Of a DNA stretch of 32,000 nt, positions 1 to 10,457 are shown piece by piece. Position numbers and translations under genes: made by a program. A model generated the notes under the pieces. That model did not search any database. It had not been told where the DNA came from and saw only the letters and a program-made list of their open reading frames with translations. Within the stretch, counting starts at the first letter, position 1. Each line of letters opens with the position of its first letter. Source of the DNA: Promethearchaeia archaeon (lineage in GTDB: Archaea > Asgardarchaeota > Lokiarchaeia > Sigyniarchaeales > SOKP01); contig JAWOFX010000089.1 in assembly GCA_046497275.1 (NCBI GenBank), positions 55,166 to 87,165 on the forward strand. The letters run 5' to 3'.

Positions 1-2
1 TA

Positions 3-1643
3 TTGAGAAAAATAAAAAATGATGCATCCGATTATTTAGGCGAGGAGGTCAAAAAAGCAGTAATCACCGTACCAGCCTACTTTAATGACGCTCAAAGAAC
101 ATCAACAAAAAATGCGGGAGAAATAGCAGGCCTTGAAGTGGTTCGAATGATAAACGAACCCACCGCAGCTTGTTTAGCTTATGGACTAGATAGAGTATCA
201 GAAGAATTACTTAAAATCTGTGTTCTTGACCTTGGTGGAGGTACATTTGATGTCACCATCATGGAATACGGAGAAGGAGTAGTTGAAGTGTTATCTACAG
301 CTGGTGACACTCAATTAGGTGGAAGAGATATGGATGATAAGATCACCGATTGGATTGCTGAAGAGTTTAAAAACAAAAATGGCATTGATCTTACTAATGA
401 TAAAAAGGCAATGATAAGAGTTAAAGATGCTGCTGAGAAAGCAAAAATAGAATTATCTACTACATTATCTACTGATATTAATCTCCCCTATATTAGTCAA
501 AAAGATGGTAATCCAGTTCATTTAGAAATGGAATTGACAAGGGCTAAATTAGAACAATTAGTTGAACCCGTTCTCAAACGTTTAGATCCCATTATGAGAC
601 GTTCTGTGGGAGATAGTAAACTATCTAGAGATGAAGTTGACAAAATACTCCTTGTTGGTGGTCCTACTCGAATGCCTTGCGTTCAAGAAAGATTCAAAAA
701 ATTCTTCAATAAAGAACCAGAACATTCAGTTGATCCTATGGAATGTGTTGCAATTGGTGCGGCAATCCAAGCAGGAGTAATTGCGGGAGATGTTGAAGAT
801 TTATTACTACTAGATGTTACTCCTCTCTCTTTAGGAGTTGAGACTTTAGGTGGAGTATTTACAAAATTAATTGAAAGAAATACAACAATTCCTACTGAGA
901 AGAAACAGATTTTTAGCACTGCTGCAGATAATCAGCCCGCGGTAACGGTTAACGTACTTCAAGGAGAAAGGGCTATGGCGAAAGATAACATTTCTTTAGG
1001 TGAATTTCATCTCACGGGAATTCCACCTGCCCCTAGAGGTGTTCCCCAAATTGAAGTTAAGTTTTCAATTGATGCAGATGGAATAGTCCACGTTACAGCT
1101 AAAGACTTAGGTACAGGAAAAGAAACTGGAATTACAGTTTCAGGAGCGAAAGGTTTATCTGAGGATGAAATTCAACAGAAAATAAGAGAAGCTGAAAAAT
1201 ATGAAGATGAAGACCAGAAAAAGAAGGAATTAATTGAAGCAAGAAACAATGCAGAATCAATGATTTATCAGGTTAGAAAATTAATGGAAGATAACAAGGA
1301 TAAAATTCAAGATGATGAGAAACAACAAATTGAAAACGCTATTAAATCTTTAGAAGAAGATATAAAAATTGAAGATGTTCAGCGAATAAAACAAGGAATT
1401 GAAAATTTGCAAAAAGCTATGCATGGATTTTCACAAAGAGTATATTCTCAACAAGGTCAACAACAAGCATATCAACAAGCTGCTGAGCAAGCACAGAGGG
1501 CAGCACAAGAAAGTCCCCCTCCTGGAGGTATGGGCGGTCAGACTGGTGGAGGAACAACTGGTGCTGGAGGGGCTTCCTATAAGAGTAGTGAAGACGAGGA
1601 GAAAAAGAACGTAGTAGATGTAGACTGGGATGAGGAAGACTAA
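3..1643 (+). CDS. dnaK: Chaperone DnaK (Hsp70), 5'-truncated by the window edge
   Basis: [36 protein letters not shown], linker [13 protein letters not shown], substrate-binding domain [14 protein letters not shown]; TAA at 1641-1643. The frame is open at the window start. Confidence 0.98.
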   Translation: MRKIKNDASDYLGEEVKKAVITVPAYFNDAQRTSTKNAGEIAGLEVVRMINEPTAACLAYGLDRVSEELLKICVLDLGGGTFDVTIMEYGEGVVEVLSTAGDTQLGGRDMDDKITDWIAEEFKNKNGIDLTNDKKAMIRVKDAAEKAKIELSTTLSTDINLPYISQKDGNPVHLEMELTRAKLEQLVEPVLKRLDPIMRRSVGDSKLSRDEVDKILLVGGPTRMPCVQERFKKFFNKEPEHSVDPMECVAIGAAIQAGVIAGDVEDLLLLDVTPLSLGVETLGGVFTKLIERNTTIPTEKKQIFSTAADNQPAVTVNVLQGERAMAKDNISLGEFHLTGIPPAPRGVPQIEVKFSIDADGIVHVTAKDLGTGKETGITVSGAKGLSEDEIQQKIREAEKYEDEDQKKKELIEARNNAESMIYQVRKLMEDNKDKIQDDEKQQIENAIKSLEEDIKIEDVQRIKQGIENLQKAMHGFSQRVYSQQGQQQAYQQAAEQAQRAAQESPPPGGMGGQTGGGTTGAGGASYKSSEDEEKKNVVDVDWDEED

Positions 1644-1700
1644 ATTTAATATCAAAACATAAATATTTTTATATTTTTTAGAGCAAATAACTCAGAACTC

Positions 1701-1720
1701 TTTCTTTTTTTATTTATTTT
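1701..1720 (+). terminator. Possible archaeal oligo-T terminator of dnaK
   Basis: TTTCTTTTTTTATTTATTTT about 60 nt after the dnaK stop, between convergent genes. Assigned by position and composition only. Confidence 0.3.
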
Positions 1721-1758
1721 ATAATAATTAAGTATACTCTCTATTTACATTAGAAAGA

Positions 1759-2919
1759 TCATTTGGATGATGAAATATTCGTCTTTAACCTTTCTAATAA
1801 ATAGGATAGTGGTATATATTTATGTTTATAAAATTTTTCTTCAATTTTCAATGCAAGAAATTCACTGGCACGACTCATCAAATATTTAACCGAAAATAAA
1901 GCTTTGATTTTTTCATATATAAGCATTACAATAATAGTAAATAACGCCATGGTTATGAAATAAAAAACCCAAAAATTAAATAAATTAAGAGAAGGTACGG
2001 GTATCAGCATAAGTAAAAATCCTGATAAATATATGCTAAAAGAATAATAGGAATAATAAAACAGAAAATTATATTTTGAATCAAAATTAATAATCTTGAA
2101 TTTTTCGAAAGTTATCAATGATGTAAAAGTGAGGGTGATTAACCCTAATGAATATATAACCCACAAAAAACTATTCCTCAAAATGAACATTGGGAATTGG
2201 AAAAATATCCCAAAAAGAATTAATCCAATTGATATAATGATTAAGGGTAATGAGTATTTTTTAAAGAATGTTTTCTTATCATCTTTTCTATTGAAATCAA
2301 TTTCCTTTATTAAATCACCAAAACACGATCCATAAATGAAAAAAGGCAAAAAAGGAATCAGTGGATTCTGCCGATCATCTAATGGATAAAGCAATAGATA
2401 GAAAAAGTTAACAATAGAATTTTTAGTTGAATAGGTTTGTAATAAAAATTTTATAACCGGATTAAGAAATAATATTAATGTAGCAATAAAGAATCTCTTT
2501 TTCTTCGAGAGTTTTAACAAAGGCCAATATAAAAATAATGTTATTGATATAGTGAATAAAATCCACCATGAAAAAATATGACAAATAGATGGTTCTTGAA
2601 TATATGTACCTAAATTGAAAAATAAGGCAATAATTAGGAGTATACTCGCACGTATAAAATAGGTGTTTCTTAAAATTCTATTATTTCTCTTTTTCTGCTC
2701 AACACTCTCATTAAGCTTTTTTGTATATGAAAATTGAAGGCTTACTCCTGAAATGAACAAAAAACCAGCGGCTCCCAAAGGTTCGAAAATTGGTACAATG
2801 GTATCATAGAAAAAAGGGACTATAGAGTAATCCATCCACCATACAAATAGATGACCAAATAGAATCCAAATTATACAAATCCCTCTAAAAAAATCTATAC
2901 AACCTATTCTGTTCTTCAT
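1759..2919 (-). CDS. DUF1624 / heparan-alpha-glucosaminide N-acetyltransferase-like polytopic membrane protein
   Basis: N-terminal RIGCIDFFRGICIIWILFGH matches the family R..iD..RG.....M...H motif; also FLFISGVS, FPLIP-like NPLIPFL and about 10 hydrophobic segments. Confidence 0.75.
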   Translation of the reverse strand: MKNRIGCIDFFRGICIIWILFGHLFVWWMDYSIVPFFYDTIVPIFEPLGAAGFLFISGVSLQFSYTKKLNESVEQKKRNNRILRNTYFIRASILLIIALFFNLGTYIQEPSICHIFSWWILFTISITLFLYWPLLKLSKKKRFFIATLILFLNPVIKFLLQTYSTKNSIVNFFYLLLYPLDDRQNPLIPFLPFFIYGSCFGDLIKEIDFNRKDDKKTFFKKYSLPLIIISIGLILFGIFFQFPMFILRNSFLWVIYSLGLITLTFTSLITFEKFKIINFDSKYNFLFYYSYYSFSIYLSGFLLMLIPVPSLNLFNFWVFYFITMALFTIIVMLIYEKIKALFSVKYLMSRASEFLALKIEEKFYKHKYIPLSYLLERLKTNISSSK

Positions 2920-3259
2920 AACCCAATAAAATATCCCATTAATTAATATTAAAAATAAATTGTATAATATAAACTTCTTTAAATAACCATTATATCGTTA
3001 GGATTTAAATCTATGACTAAAATCCATAAAAATGCTAAAATTATTATTAAATGAAAAGCTATTAAAAATTGATTGTAATATACTAATTGATGAAAAATAA
3101 ACATACTAAAACCTAATCAATAATAAATATTGAATATTTTTTGTTTATAATTGAATTTTGGTCCGAGAATTTCATTATTAACTTAAAAAATAAAATTTAT
3201 TGGATATTATACAAATGAAGTTATTATAGATTAAAATAATTCACTCAGGCTAATATAAT

Positions 3260-4387
3260 ATGACTTCACGGGAAAAAAGAGACTACTATGAGGTATTAGG
3301 AGTAGATAAAAATGCTAGTACAGATGAAATTAAATTAGCATATCGAAAATTAGCAAGAAAATATCATCCTGATGTTAATAAGGAAGATCCTAATGCAAAA
3401 GATAAATTTATAGAAATACAAGAAGCTTATGAAGTTTTAAGTGATTCTGAAAAAAGGAGAAATTACGACAATTTTGGCTTTAGAGGAGTTGATGTCGATT
3501 TAAGTGATATTTTCAGTGGTGGAATTCCCGGAATTGACGAAATATTCGAATCCTTTTTTGGTGGAGGATTCGGGGGATTCGGAGGATTTGGCTCAGGCAG
3601 TAGATCGCGTAGACAAAGGCCAAGAAGAGAAGTTGGACAAGATATAGAACAGAACGTAAACATCTCCTTTAAAGAAGCAATGTTTGGAACTAAAAAAGAT
3701 GTGCAAATAGAAAGATATATTCCTTGTTCGGAATGTGATGGGACTGGTGCAGAAGATCCTTCTTCATTAGAAACTTGTCCGGAATGTCAAGGTTCAGGAA
3801 GGTATCGAAAAATGTCTCGCTCAGGATTCGGTACAATCATAAGAGAGACTGAATGTCCATACTGCGGTGGAGAAGGGAAAATTATTAAAGATAAATGTAA
3901 AAAATGTAATGGAAAAAAAGTGGTAAAAGAATCTAAAAAGTTAAAGGGCATTAATATCCCACCAGGTATAGAAAATGGGGTTCATTTAAAAGTAGGAGGA
4001 CAAGGACATATCCCCTCCAGAGACGCTCTCCCCGGTGATTTATATCTGCGAGTAAACATCCAAAACAATGAAGATTTTATCAGGCAAGGCAATGATCTAT
4101 ACACAATACATGATATTGATATTGTTACAGCTACTATTGGAGGAAAAATTACTGTTCCTACTTTAGATTATAAAAACAAGGAAATCACAGAAAAAGAAAT
4201 TGATATCCCCCCTGGAACAGACTATGGAACAGAATTTCGAATAAAAAATAGGGGTGTTTCATATTTACGAGGGAAGGGAAGAGGAAATCAATATGTTAAG
4301 GTCAATATTTTAATTCCAAAGAACATTAGTAAAGAACAAAAAGAATTATTAACCAAATTTAGAGAATTAGAACATTCTGAAAATTAA
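3260..4387 (+). CDS. dnaJ: Chaperone DnaJ (class A)
   Basis: J domain with HPD (KYHPDVN), G/F-rich region, four zinc-finger repeats ([32 protein letters not shown]), C-terminal GDLY and GNQYV motifs. Confidence 0.97.
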   Translation: MTSREKRDYYEVLGVDKNASTDEIKLAYRKLARKYHPDVNKEDPNAKDKFIEIQEAYEVLSDSEKRRNYDNFGFRGVDVDLSDIFSGGIPGIDEIFESFFGGGFGGFGGFGSGSRSRRQRPRREVGQDIEQNVNISFKEAMFGTKKDVQIERYIPCSECDGTGAEDPSSLETCPECQGSGRYRKMSRSGFGTIIRETECPYCGGEGKIIKDKCKKCNGKKVVKESKKLKGINIPPGIENGVHLKVGGQGHIPSRDALPGDLYLRVNIQNNEDFIRQGNDLYTIHDIDIVTATIGGKITVPTLDYKNKEITEKEIDIPPGTDYGTEFRIKNRGVSYLRGKGRGNQYVKVNILIPKNISKEQKELLTKFRELEHSEN

Positions 4388-4430
4388 AACCCTAGAATAT
4401 CTCAAAATTCATTATTTGAGATCAAGAATA

Positions 4431-5267
4431 TTATATATGATTTTCTAACCATTCGGCTAAATCTTCGAGAACTTCCTCACGTTTCTTTTTTTTCTCATTG
4501 TAAACTTCATGATATAGCCCATTATAAATCTTTATCGTTTTATCATCCATTTTGAAATGTTTTTTCAACTCTTCAATTCCGTGCATAGCTTGATCTTTAG
4601 AACCACACTGTACCAATAATGGAAGTTTAAATTTCTTTACCACATTCTCAACTCCTTCAAAATATTTAATCATTTCATAACCCAATCGTGTAGTAATCTC
4701 TTTGTGGTGAACTAATGGATCTTCTTCATATGCTTTCACTACTTCGGGATCATGACTTAAACTTTTTGGATCCAATTTTGGATCTATAGTCATCCTTGGA
4801 GCTAGTTTTGAAAGAATTTTAGACATAAATCTTATAAAGCCAGACACTTCAGCTCCCGCAGTAGATCCCGTACCAGAAAGAATTAATCCATCTAATAAAT
4901 CCTCATACTTATCAGTGAAATATATTGCAATTCCGGAGCCCAGTGAATGTCCTAACATAAAATATTTCAATTCTTTATGATTATTTTTTACAATATTATA
5001 TAATCTTTTCTCATCTTCAATGTATTGATCAAAGGAATCTACATAATTAGTAATTCCCTCTGATTTACCATGACCTCTATGATCATCCGCATAGAGAGCA
5101 TAACCTAACGGTATGAGCTTATTAACAACATTTTCATATCTGCCTGAATGTTCACCAAAACCATGAACAATTTGAATAACTGCTTTTGGATTATGATCAG
5201 GTAACCATGCTTGATAATAGATTTTGATATCCTTTTCCCCAATAAATTCTCCTTCTTTATGCTTCAT
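4431..5267 (-). CDS. Alpha/beta hydrolase, lysophospholipase/monoacylglycerol lipase family
   Basis: VHGFGEHSGRY, DHRGHGKS, nucleophile motif GHSLG, C-terminal LYHEVYNE. ATG at 5267 chosen over TTG at 5273 because a GGTGA Shine-Dalgarno-like sequence precedes it. Confidence 0.9.
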   Translation of the reverse strand: MKHKEGEFIGEKDIKIYYQAWLPDHNPKAVIQIVHGFGEHSGRYENVVNKLIPLGYALYADDHRGHGKSEGITNYVDSFDQYIEDEKRLYNIVKNNHKELKYFMLGHSLGSGIAIYFTDKYEDLLDGLILSGTGSTAGAEVSGFIRFMSKILSKLAPRMTIDPKLDPKSLSHDPEVVKAYEEDPLVHHKEITTRLGYEMIKYFEGVENVVKKFKLPLLVQCGSKDQAMHGIEELKKHFKMDDKTIKIYNGLYHEVYNEKKKKREEVLEDLAEWLENHI

Positions 5268-5373
5268 GTTCAATCACCATTTTCTTTTGATGATTATTTT
5301 AAGAAATTCTTAATAAAGAATAAATTTCGTTAATTATTAAATTAATCAAATAATTCAGCATTTTCTGTTATTA

Positions 5374-5916
5374 ATGAAGATTCTAATAAGCGGCCCTCCT
5401 CGAAGTGGAAAATCTACTCTTATGAAAATATTGATTAAAAAATTGAAGGATGAATATAATATTATAGGATTCCTAACTCCCGAAGTGAAAGAAGGAGGTA
5501 ATCGTATTGGTTTCGATTTAATATCGATTGATTCAAATAATAGAATCCCCTTAGCTCGGAAAGGAAACTATGCATCAAAGTTCTGTTTGGGAAAGTATCA
5601 TGTTTTTATTGATATGTTCAATAATTTCTTGGAAAAGGAAATAGAAAGCGATATTGTTAAATATAGCAATCAACACAAGAAAGTAGTCATACTAATTGAT
5701 GAAATTGGGAAAATGGAATTATTTTCAAATAAATTCGAATTATTTCTAAGAAATCTTTTCAATAGTGAAATACTGATCATCGCTACAATTGGAAAAACTC
5801 TGAAGCATCCGATTAAATCATACTTAATGGATAAGATTGAAAGCAAATATTTTGAGTTAACTCGTCAGAATCAAACTGATATTTTAAATAAGATATTAAC
5901 GATTTCACAATTATAG
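5374..5916 (+). CDS. Nucleoside-triphosphatase, THEP1/NTPase_1 family
   Basis: Walker A GPPRSGKST, GFLTPEVKEGGNRIGFDL, Walker B region LIDEIGKME. Confidence 0.9.
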   Translation: MKILISGPPRSGKSTLMKILIKKLKDEYNIIGFLTPEVKEGGNRIGFDLISIDSNNRIPLARKGNYASKFCLGKYHVFIDMFNNFLEKEIESDIVKYSNQHKKVVILIDEIGKMELFSNKFELFLRNLFNSEILIIATIGKTLKHPIKSYLMDKIESKYFELTRQNQTDILNKILTISQL

Positions 5917-5959
5917 AAATAGAATTAATTCTAAATAAATATTATTTAAAATACTATTT

Positions 5960-7405
5960 TTAATCCTTTAGAATGGGATTCCTGGCGGCTAGCACGGCAT
6001 CTAATCTCCCTATTTTAACATTATGAGGTGCTTCCTGAACTATTTTAGGATTTTCTTCACACTCATGATAAATCTTAATCATAGTATTAATAAAATAATC
6101 TAAAGATTTTTTAGATTCTGTTTCTGTTGGTTCAATCATGAAAGCACCATCAACGATCAAGGGAAAATAAATTGTGGGAGCATATATACCAAAATCTAAT
6201 ATTCTTTTTGCAATATCTTCAGTTGTTATATTTTTTGGTAAATTTTTATTTGAAAGAACAAACTCATGCTGACATATACGATTAAAGGGTAAATGATAAT
6301 AAGATTGAAGTTGAGTTCTCAAATAATTCGCATTTAAAACTGAAATCTCTCCAACTCTTTTTAGTCCTTTTCCGCCTAGGGAGAGTATATAAGAATAAGC
6401 TTTGATTAAAACTCCAAAGTTTCCCCAGAAAGCTTTAATTTTTCCAATTGAAAGATTATCATCGACATTTTTATTATTTGCTTTTTTATTTCCAATAAAA
6501 TAAGGTCGTGGTAGGAAAGGAATTAATTCATTTTTTACTCCAACTGGTCCAGAACCTGGTCCTCCACCCCCATGAGGCGTTGAAAATGTCTTATGCAAAT
6601 TAAGGTGTAATATATCAAAACCCATATCTCCCGGTCGACATATTCCTAGCATAGGATTAAAATTCGCACCATCATAATAGCATAAACCCCCATATTTATG
6701 AACTATTTTAGTAATTTTTAATATATTTCGTTCAAAAAGTCCTAAAGTATTAGGATTAGTAAGTATTAAGCCAGCGACATCCCCTTCTTGCATAGCAAAT
6801 TCTAAATGATCTAATGGAATCTCACCATATTCATCAGATTTTAGTTCAATAATAGAAAACCCAGCCATTTTCGCGGATGCAGGATTTGTTCCATGAGCCG
6901 ATTCTGGCACTATAATTTTATCTTTTTCTAATCCTTTAGTTTCGAAATATTTTTTTATTACAAACATTCCCGTCAATTCTCCATGAGCTCCTGCTGCTGG
7001 CAAAAATGTAAATGCATCCATCCCAGTGATTTTAAACAATAATTCAGAAAAATGCTGCATTAATTCAATTGATCCGTCATTTTTTCTTTGTAGAGGGTGA
7101 ATTTTCGAATATCCAGGTAATTTACTGATTTTTTCATTAATTTTAGGATTATATTTCATTGTACACGACCCTAAAGGATAAATACCACTATCCACACCAT
7201 AATTATTTTGACTCAATCGAAGGTAATGTCGAACTATCTCTACTTCCGGAACATTAGGTATTGGAAGCTCTTTTCTTTGCATTCCTTTGGGAATAATATC
7301 ATCTAAATCTAATGTGGGTGTATCAATTTCAGAAATATAATTATCATTTACGATCTCATAATCCTTATTTGTGATTAATTCTACTTTATCTCTCATTTTA
7401 GACAC
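5960..7405 (-). CDS. gcvPB: Glycine dehydrogenase (decarboxylating) subunit 2
   Basis: YPLGSCTMKYNP, PAAGAHGE, SAHGTNPAS, PLP-lysine motif LNLHKTFSTPHGGGGPG, EPTETE. Start is GTG 7405 or ATG 7396. Confidence 0.96.
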   Translation of the reverse strand: MSKMRDKVELITNKDYEIVNDNYISEIDTPTLDLDDIIPKGMQRKELPIPNVPEVEIVRHYLRLSQNNYGVDSGIYPLGSCTMKYNPKINEKISKLPGYSKIHPLQRKNDGSIELMQHFSELLFKITGMDAFTFLPAAGAHGELTGMFVIKKYFETKGLEKDKIIVPESAHGTNPASAKMAGFSIIELKSDEYGEIPLDHLEFAMQEGDVAGLILTNPNTLGLFERNILKITKIVHKYGGLCYYDGANFNPMLGICRPGDMGFDILHLNLHKTFSTPHGGGGPGSGPVGVKNELIPFLPRPYFIGNKKANNKNVDDNLSIGKIKAFWGNFGVLIKAYSYILSLGGKGLKRVGEISVLNANYLRTQLQSYYHLPFNRICQHEFVLSNKNLPKNITTEDIAKRILDFGIYAPTIYFPLIVDGAFMIEPTETESKKSLDYFINTMIKIYHECEENPKIVQEAPHNVKIGRLDAVLAARNPILKD

Positions 7406-7411
7406 ATCTTT

Positions 7412-8743
7412 CTATTTTATTGAATTTTTTGCATTCGTAAGTAATTTTTCAATATCTTTTTTAGAATTTGTTTCAGTAACACAAATTAATGCAGTATTCT
7501 TCATTTCTGGATAATATTCTGCTAGTTTCAACGGAGGTAGGAAATTAGATCCCTCACATAATTCTAAGAATCTATCTATATTAGGCGATTTTATAAGGAA
7601 TTCGTTATAAGTAGGTTTTTCGTTTAGAACCGAATAGGTTTCTATTTTTTTTATTTGTTGTTTTACATAATTTGATTTTTGTATATTTTGATAAGCAACT
7701 TTTCTTAATCCAAATTCTCCTAAAGAGACAAGATAAACCAAAGCTGCTATTGCCATTAAGGCTTGATTTGTACATATATTGGAAATAGCTTTTTCTCTTC
7801 TAATATGCTGCTCCCTCGTCTGAAGTGTTAAAATAAATCCTTCCTTCTGTCCATGGATTTCTTTAGTTTTTCCAACTAATCGTCCAGGTGTCTTTCTAAG
7901 ATATTTCTTTTTTGTGGTATATATTCCTAATCCAGGTCCTCCAAAGCTTGGTGAAATCCCAAAAGATTGACCCTCAGCAACAAAAATATCAATATCGTAA
8001 TTTCCAGGCGGGTTTAATATTCCTAAACATGTGGGATCAATCATTGCTTGGATGATCAAAGGTTTAGTGGAATTTGATCGAATAAATTTTACTAAATGCT
8101 CTATATCTTCTATATCACCGAAAAAGTTTGGACTTTGAAAGATAAAAGAAGCAAATTCATCATTAATTTTTGAGGAAATATCTAAAGAGGATGTAAATTC
8201 TATCTCAATATCTTGTGCCCAACAATAAGTTTTTAAAACTTTTAGATATTCTGGATTTAGTCCATCTAAAATTAATATCTTGTTATTTCCTGTAATTAAA
8301 GTGGAAATTAAGGCAGCTTCTGCTAAAGCGGTGGATCCATCGTACATACTAGCATTTGATATATCCATTTGAGTTAATCTAGTAATAATAGATTGAAATT
8401 CATAAATAGCTTGTAAATTACCTTGACTAGCTTCTGCTTGATAAGGAGTATAGGATGTATAAAATTCTGAGCGATCTAATACAAAATCAACTACAGAAGG
8501 AATATAATGGAAATAAATTCCTGCTCCTAAAAAAGAAGTTGAATGAATTTTATTTTTATTTGATAAGTTTTTAAGTTTTTTAAATAATTCTGATTCAGAT
8601 AAACTCTTTTCTATTTGTAGATCTTTTATCTTTATTTCATCGGGGATATCTCTAAATAGTTCTGTGATATCATCTATACCAATTTTTATTAACAAGCTAA
8701 GAATGGTTTTATTATCATGCGGAATGAAATCCATAAAAATCAC
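7412..8743 (-). CDS. gcvPA: Glycine dehydrogenase (decarboxylating) subunit 1
   Basis: FLGAGIY, YTSYTPYQAEASQG, NASMYDGSTALAEA, FGGPGLG, LQTREQHIRREKA, SNICTNQAL. True start may be ATG 8734. Confidence 0.96.
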   Translation of the reverse strand: MIFMDFIPHDNKTILSLLIKIGIDDITELFRDIPDEIKIKDLQIEKSLSESELFKKLKNLSNKNKIHSTSFLGAGIYFHYIPSVVDFVLDRSEFYTSYTPYQAEASQGNLQAIYEFQSIITRLTQMDISNASMYDGSTALAEAALISTLITGNNKILILDGLNPEYLKVLKTYCWAQDIEIEFTSSLDISSKINDEFASFIFQSPNFFGDIEDIEHLVKFIRSNSTKPLIIQAMIDPTCLGILNPPGNYDIDIFVAEGQSFGISPSFGGPGLGIYTTKKKYLRKTPGRLVGKTKEIHGQKEGFILTLQTREQHIRREKAISNICTNQALMAIAALVYLVSLGEFGLRKVAYQNIQKSNYVKQQIKKIETYSVLNEKPTYNEFLIKSPNIDRFLELCEGSNFLPPLKLAEYYPEMKNTALICVTETNSKKDIEKLLTNAKNSIK

Positions 8744-8771
8744 TTGATTATTCAGTTAATCATTAATAAGT

Positions 8772-9170
8772 TTAATCTGAGGTCAATTTTTCAATTAGTT
8801 CAATATAATCCTCAGCTGATAAAAGATTTTCAAATTCTCCCACATCAAGAATATTTATTCTTACTAGCCAACCCTCTCCATAGGGATCTTGATTAGCATT
8901 TTCAGGTTTATCATTGATTTCTTTATTAATTTTGATGATTTCACCAGAAACAGGTATAATTACTTCTTCTACAGCTTTAATGGATTCAATCTCAGCAATA
9001 GAATCTCCTTTATTGAATTTATCTCCAATTTCTGGAAATTCTATATAGACTATATCACCTAATTGATCTTGAGCGTAATCTGTAATTCCAATTATAGCTT
9101 CATCATTTTGTCTCAAAATCCACTCATGGGAAGGAGAATATTTTAATTTATCTGGTATTTGATATTCCAT
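8772..9170 (-). CDS. gcvH: Glycine cleavage system H protein
   Basis: HEW, IGITDYAQDQLGDIVY, lipoyl-lysine motif IESIKA, DPYGEGWL. Confidence 0.96.
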   Translation of the reverse strand: MEYQIPDKLKYSPSHEWILRQNDEAIIGITDYAQDQLGDIVYIEFPEIGDKFNKGDSIAEIESIKAVEEVIIPVSGEIIKINKEINDKPENANQDPYGEGWLVRINILDVGEFENLLSAEDYIELIEKLTSD

Positions 9171-9209
9171 AATTTATCTCTAAAACAATTGATTATTAAT
9201 TTTATTAAT

Positions 9210-10301
9210 TTATAAATTACTATAAAATGGCGTAGGTACGATTTTTGCTTTTTTATATTTGTTTCGGATCTCCACATCCACTTCATTACCAATAGTATTA
9301 TATTCTGTTTTAATTAATGCTAAGCCAATACTTTTATCTAATGTAGGTGAGTACCCTCCAGAAGTTATATAGCCAATATTATTCCCTTCTTTATAGACAT
9401 TATAATTCTCTCTCATAATTCCGGGTTCAATAAGAGTCAAACCTACTAAAATTCTTGATGTTCCTTCTCTTTTCTGCTTAAGAAGAACTTCCTTACCTAT
9501 ATAATCTATATCATCTTTTTCTTTAACCACCCACCCTATATTTGCTTCGATAGGAGTAATATTCTCATTAATTTCGTGTCCATAAAGAGAATAGGAAGCT
9601 TCTAACCTTAATGTATCTCTCGCTCCTAAACCAATAGGATTAACTCCGGCTTCTAAGAGACGATTAAATATTTCTTCTATATTTTCTCTGTTAGTTGATA
9701 ACTCAAAACCTTTTTCACCCGTATATCCAGTATTTGCTAATATTATTGGAAATTCATTAAAATTACCTAACTGAAAATTAAAGCGATTTAAACTTGAAGT
9801 GTCTATATCTATAAAAGGATTCAAATATTCATTGACTTTTGGTCCTTGTATCGCTAATCGAGACCTTTCAAAGGATAGATCTTTTATTTCAACATTAAAT
9901 TTACTTCTATGAGTTTCAAGCCAATTGAAGTCTTTTTCTCTATTTGCTGCATTTACAATCATTCTGAATTTTTTTGGAGTTTCCTCATAATATATCCCAT
10001 CATCAACTACCGTTCCATTCTCATAGCAAATACAAGAATATTGTGATTTAAAAGGTTTAATTAATCTTAGGTCATTCACCATTACATATTGAAGCATATC
10101 AATAACATCTTCACCTTCTAAAAGGAATTCACCCATATGAGAAATATCAAAAACTCCGACCTCTTCTCTAACAAGTTTGTGCTCTGAGATAATTCCTTTA
10201 TAACTAACAGGCATGTGCCAACCACCAAATTCTATCATTTTAGCTCCTAGATCTTGGTGGATATCATAAAGAGGAGTTTTTTTAATATTTTGATTATCCA
10301 T
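9210..10301 (-). CDS. gcvT: Glycine cleavage system T protein (aminomethyltransferase)
   Basis: KKTPLY, FGGWHMPVSY, FDISHMG, TGYTGEKGFE, GLGARDTLRLEA, ITSGGYSPTL. Confidence 0.96.
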   Translation of the reverse strand: MDNQNIKKTPLYDIHQDLGAKMIEFGGWHMPVSYKGIISEHKLVREEVGVFDISHMGEFLLEGEDVIDMLQYVMVNDLRLIKPFKSQYSCICYENGTVVDDGIYYEETPKKFRMIVNAANREKDFNWLETHRSKFNVEIKDLSFERSRLAIQGPKVNEYLNPFIDIDTSSLNRFNFQLGNFNEFPIILANTGYTGEKGFELSTNRENIEEIFNRLLEAGVNPIGLGARDTLRLEASYSLYGHEINENITPIEANIGWVVKEKDDIDYIGKEVLLKQKREGTSRILVGLTLIEPGIMRENYNVYKEGNNIGYITSGGYSPTLDKSIGLALIKTEYNTIGNEVDVEIRNKYKKAKIVPTPFYSNL

Positions 10302-10457
10302 TTTAGTTTAACCTATATCATTTAAATCTTAACGTTTAATGTAATTAATAAAAAAATATAATATTTTATAGAAAAATATTAAATAATAATTTAACTTATA
10401 AAGCAAGGGATTGTTCTCCAATAAGAACCCTTAGTTTTAGAAATCAATTCGGGTAAG

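Noticed and set aside
2920-3259. CIRCE (HrcA) heat-shock operator upstream of dnaJ
   Set aside because: No TTAGCACTC-N9-GAGTGCTAA or similar inverted repeat is visible.
683-3663. Short ORFs 683-919, 1399-1614, 1431-1655, 2096-2335 and 3463-3663
   Set aside because: They lie within or across dnaK, the DUF1624 gene or dnaJ in other frames or strands and have no recognisable motifs; treated as shadow ORFs.
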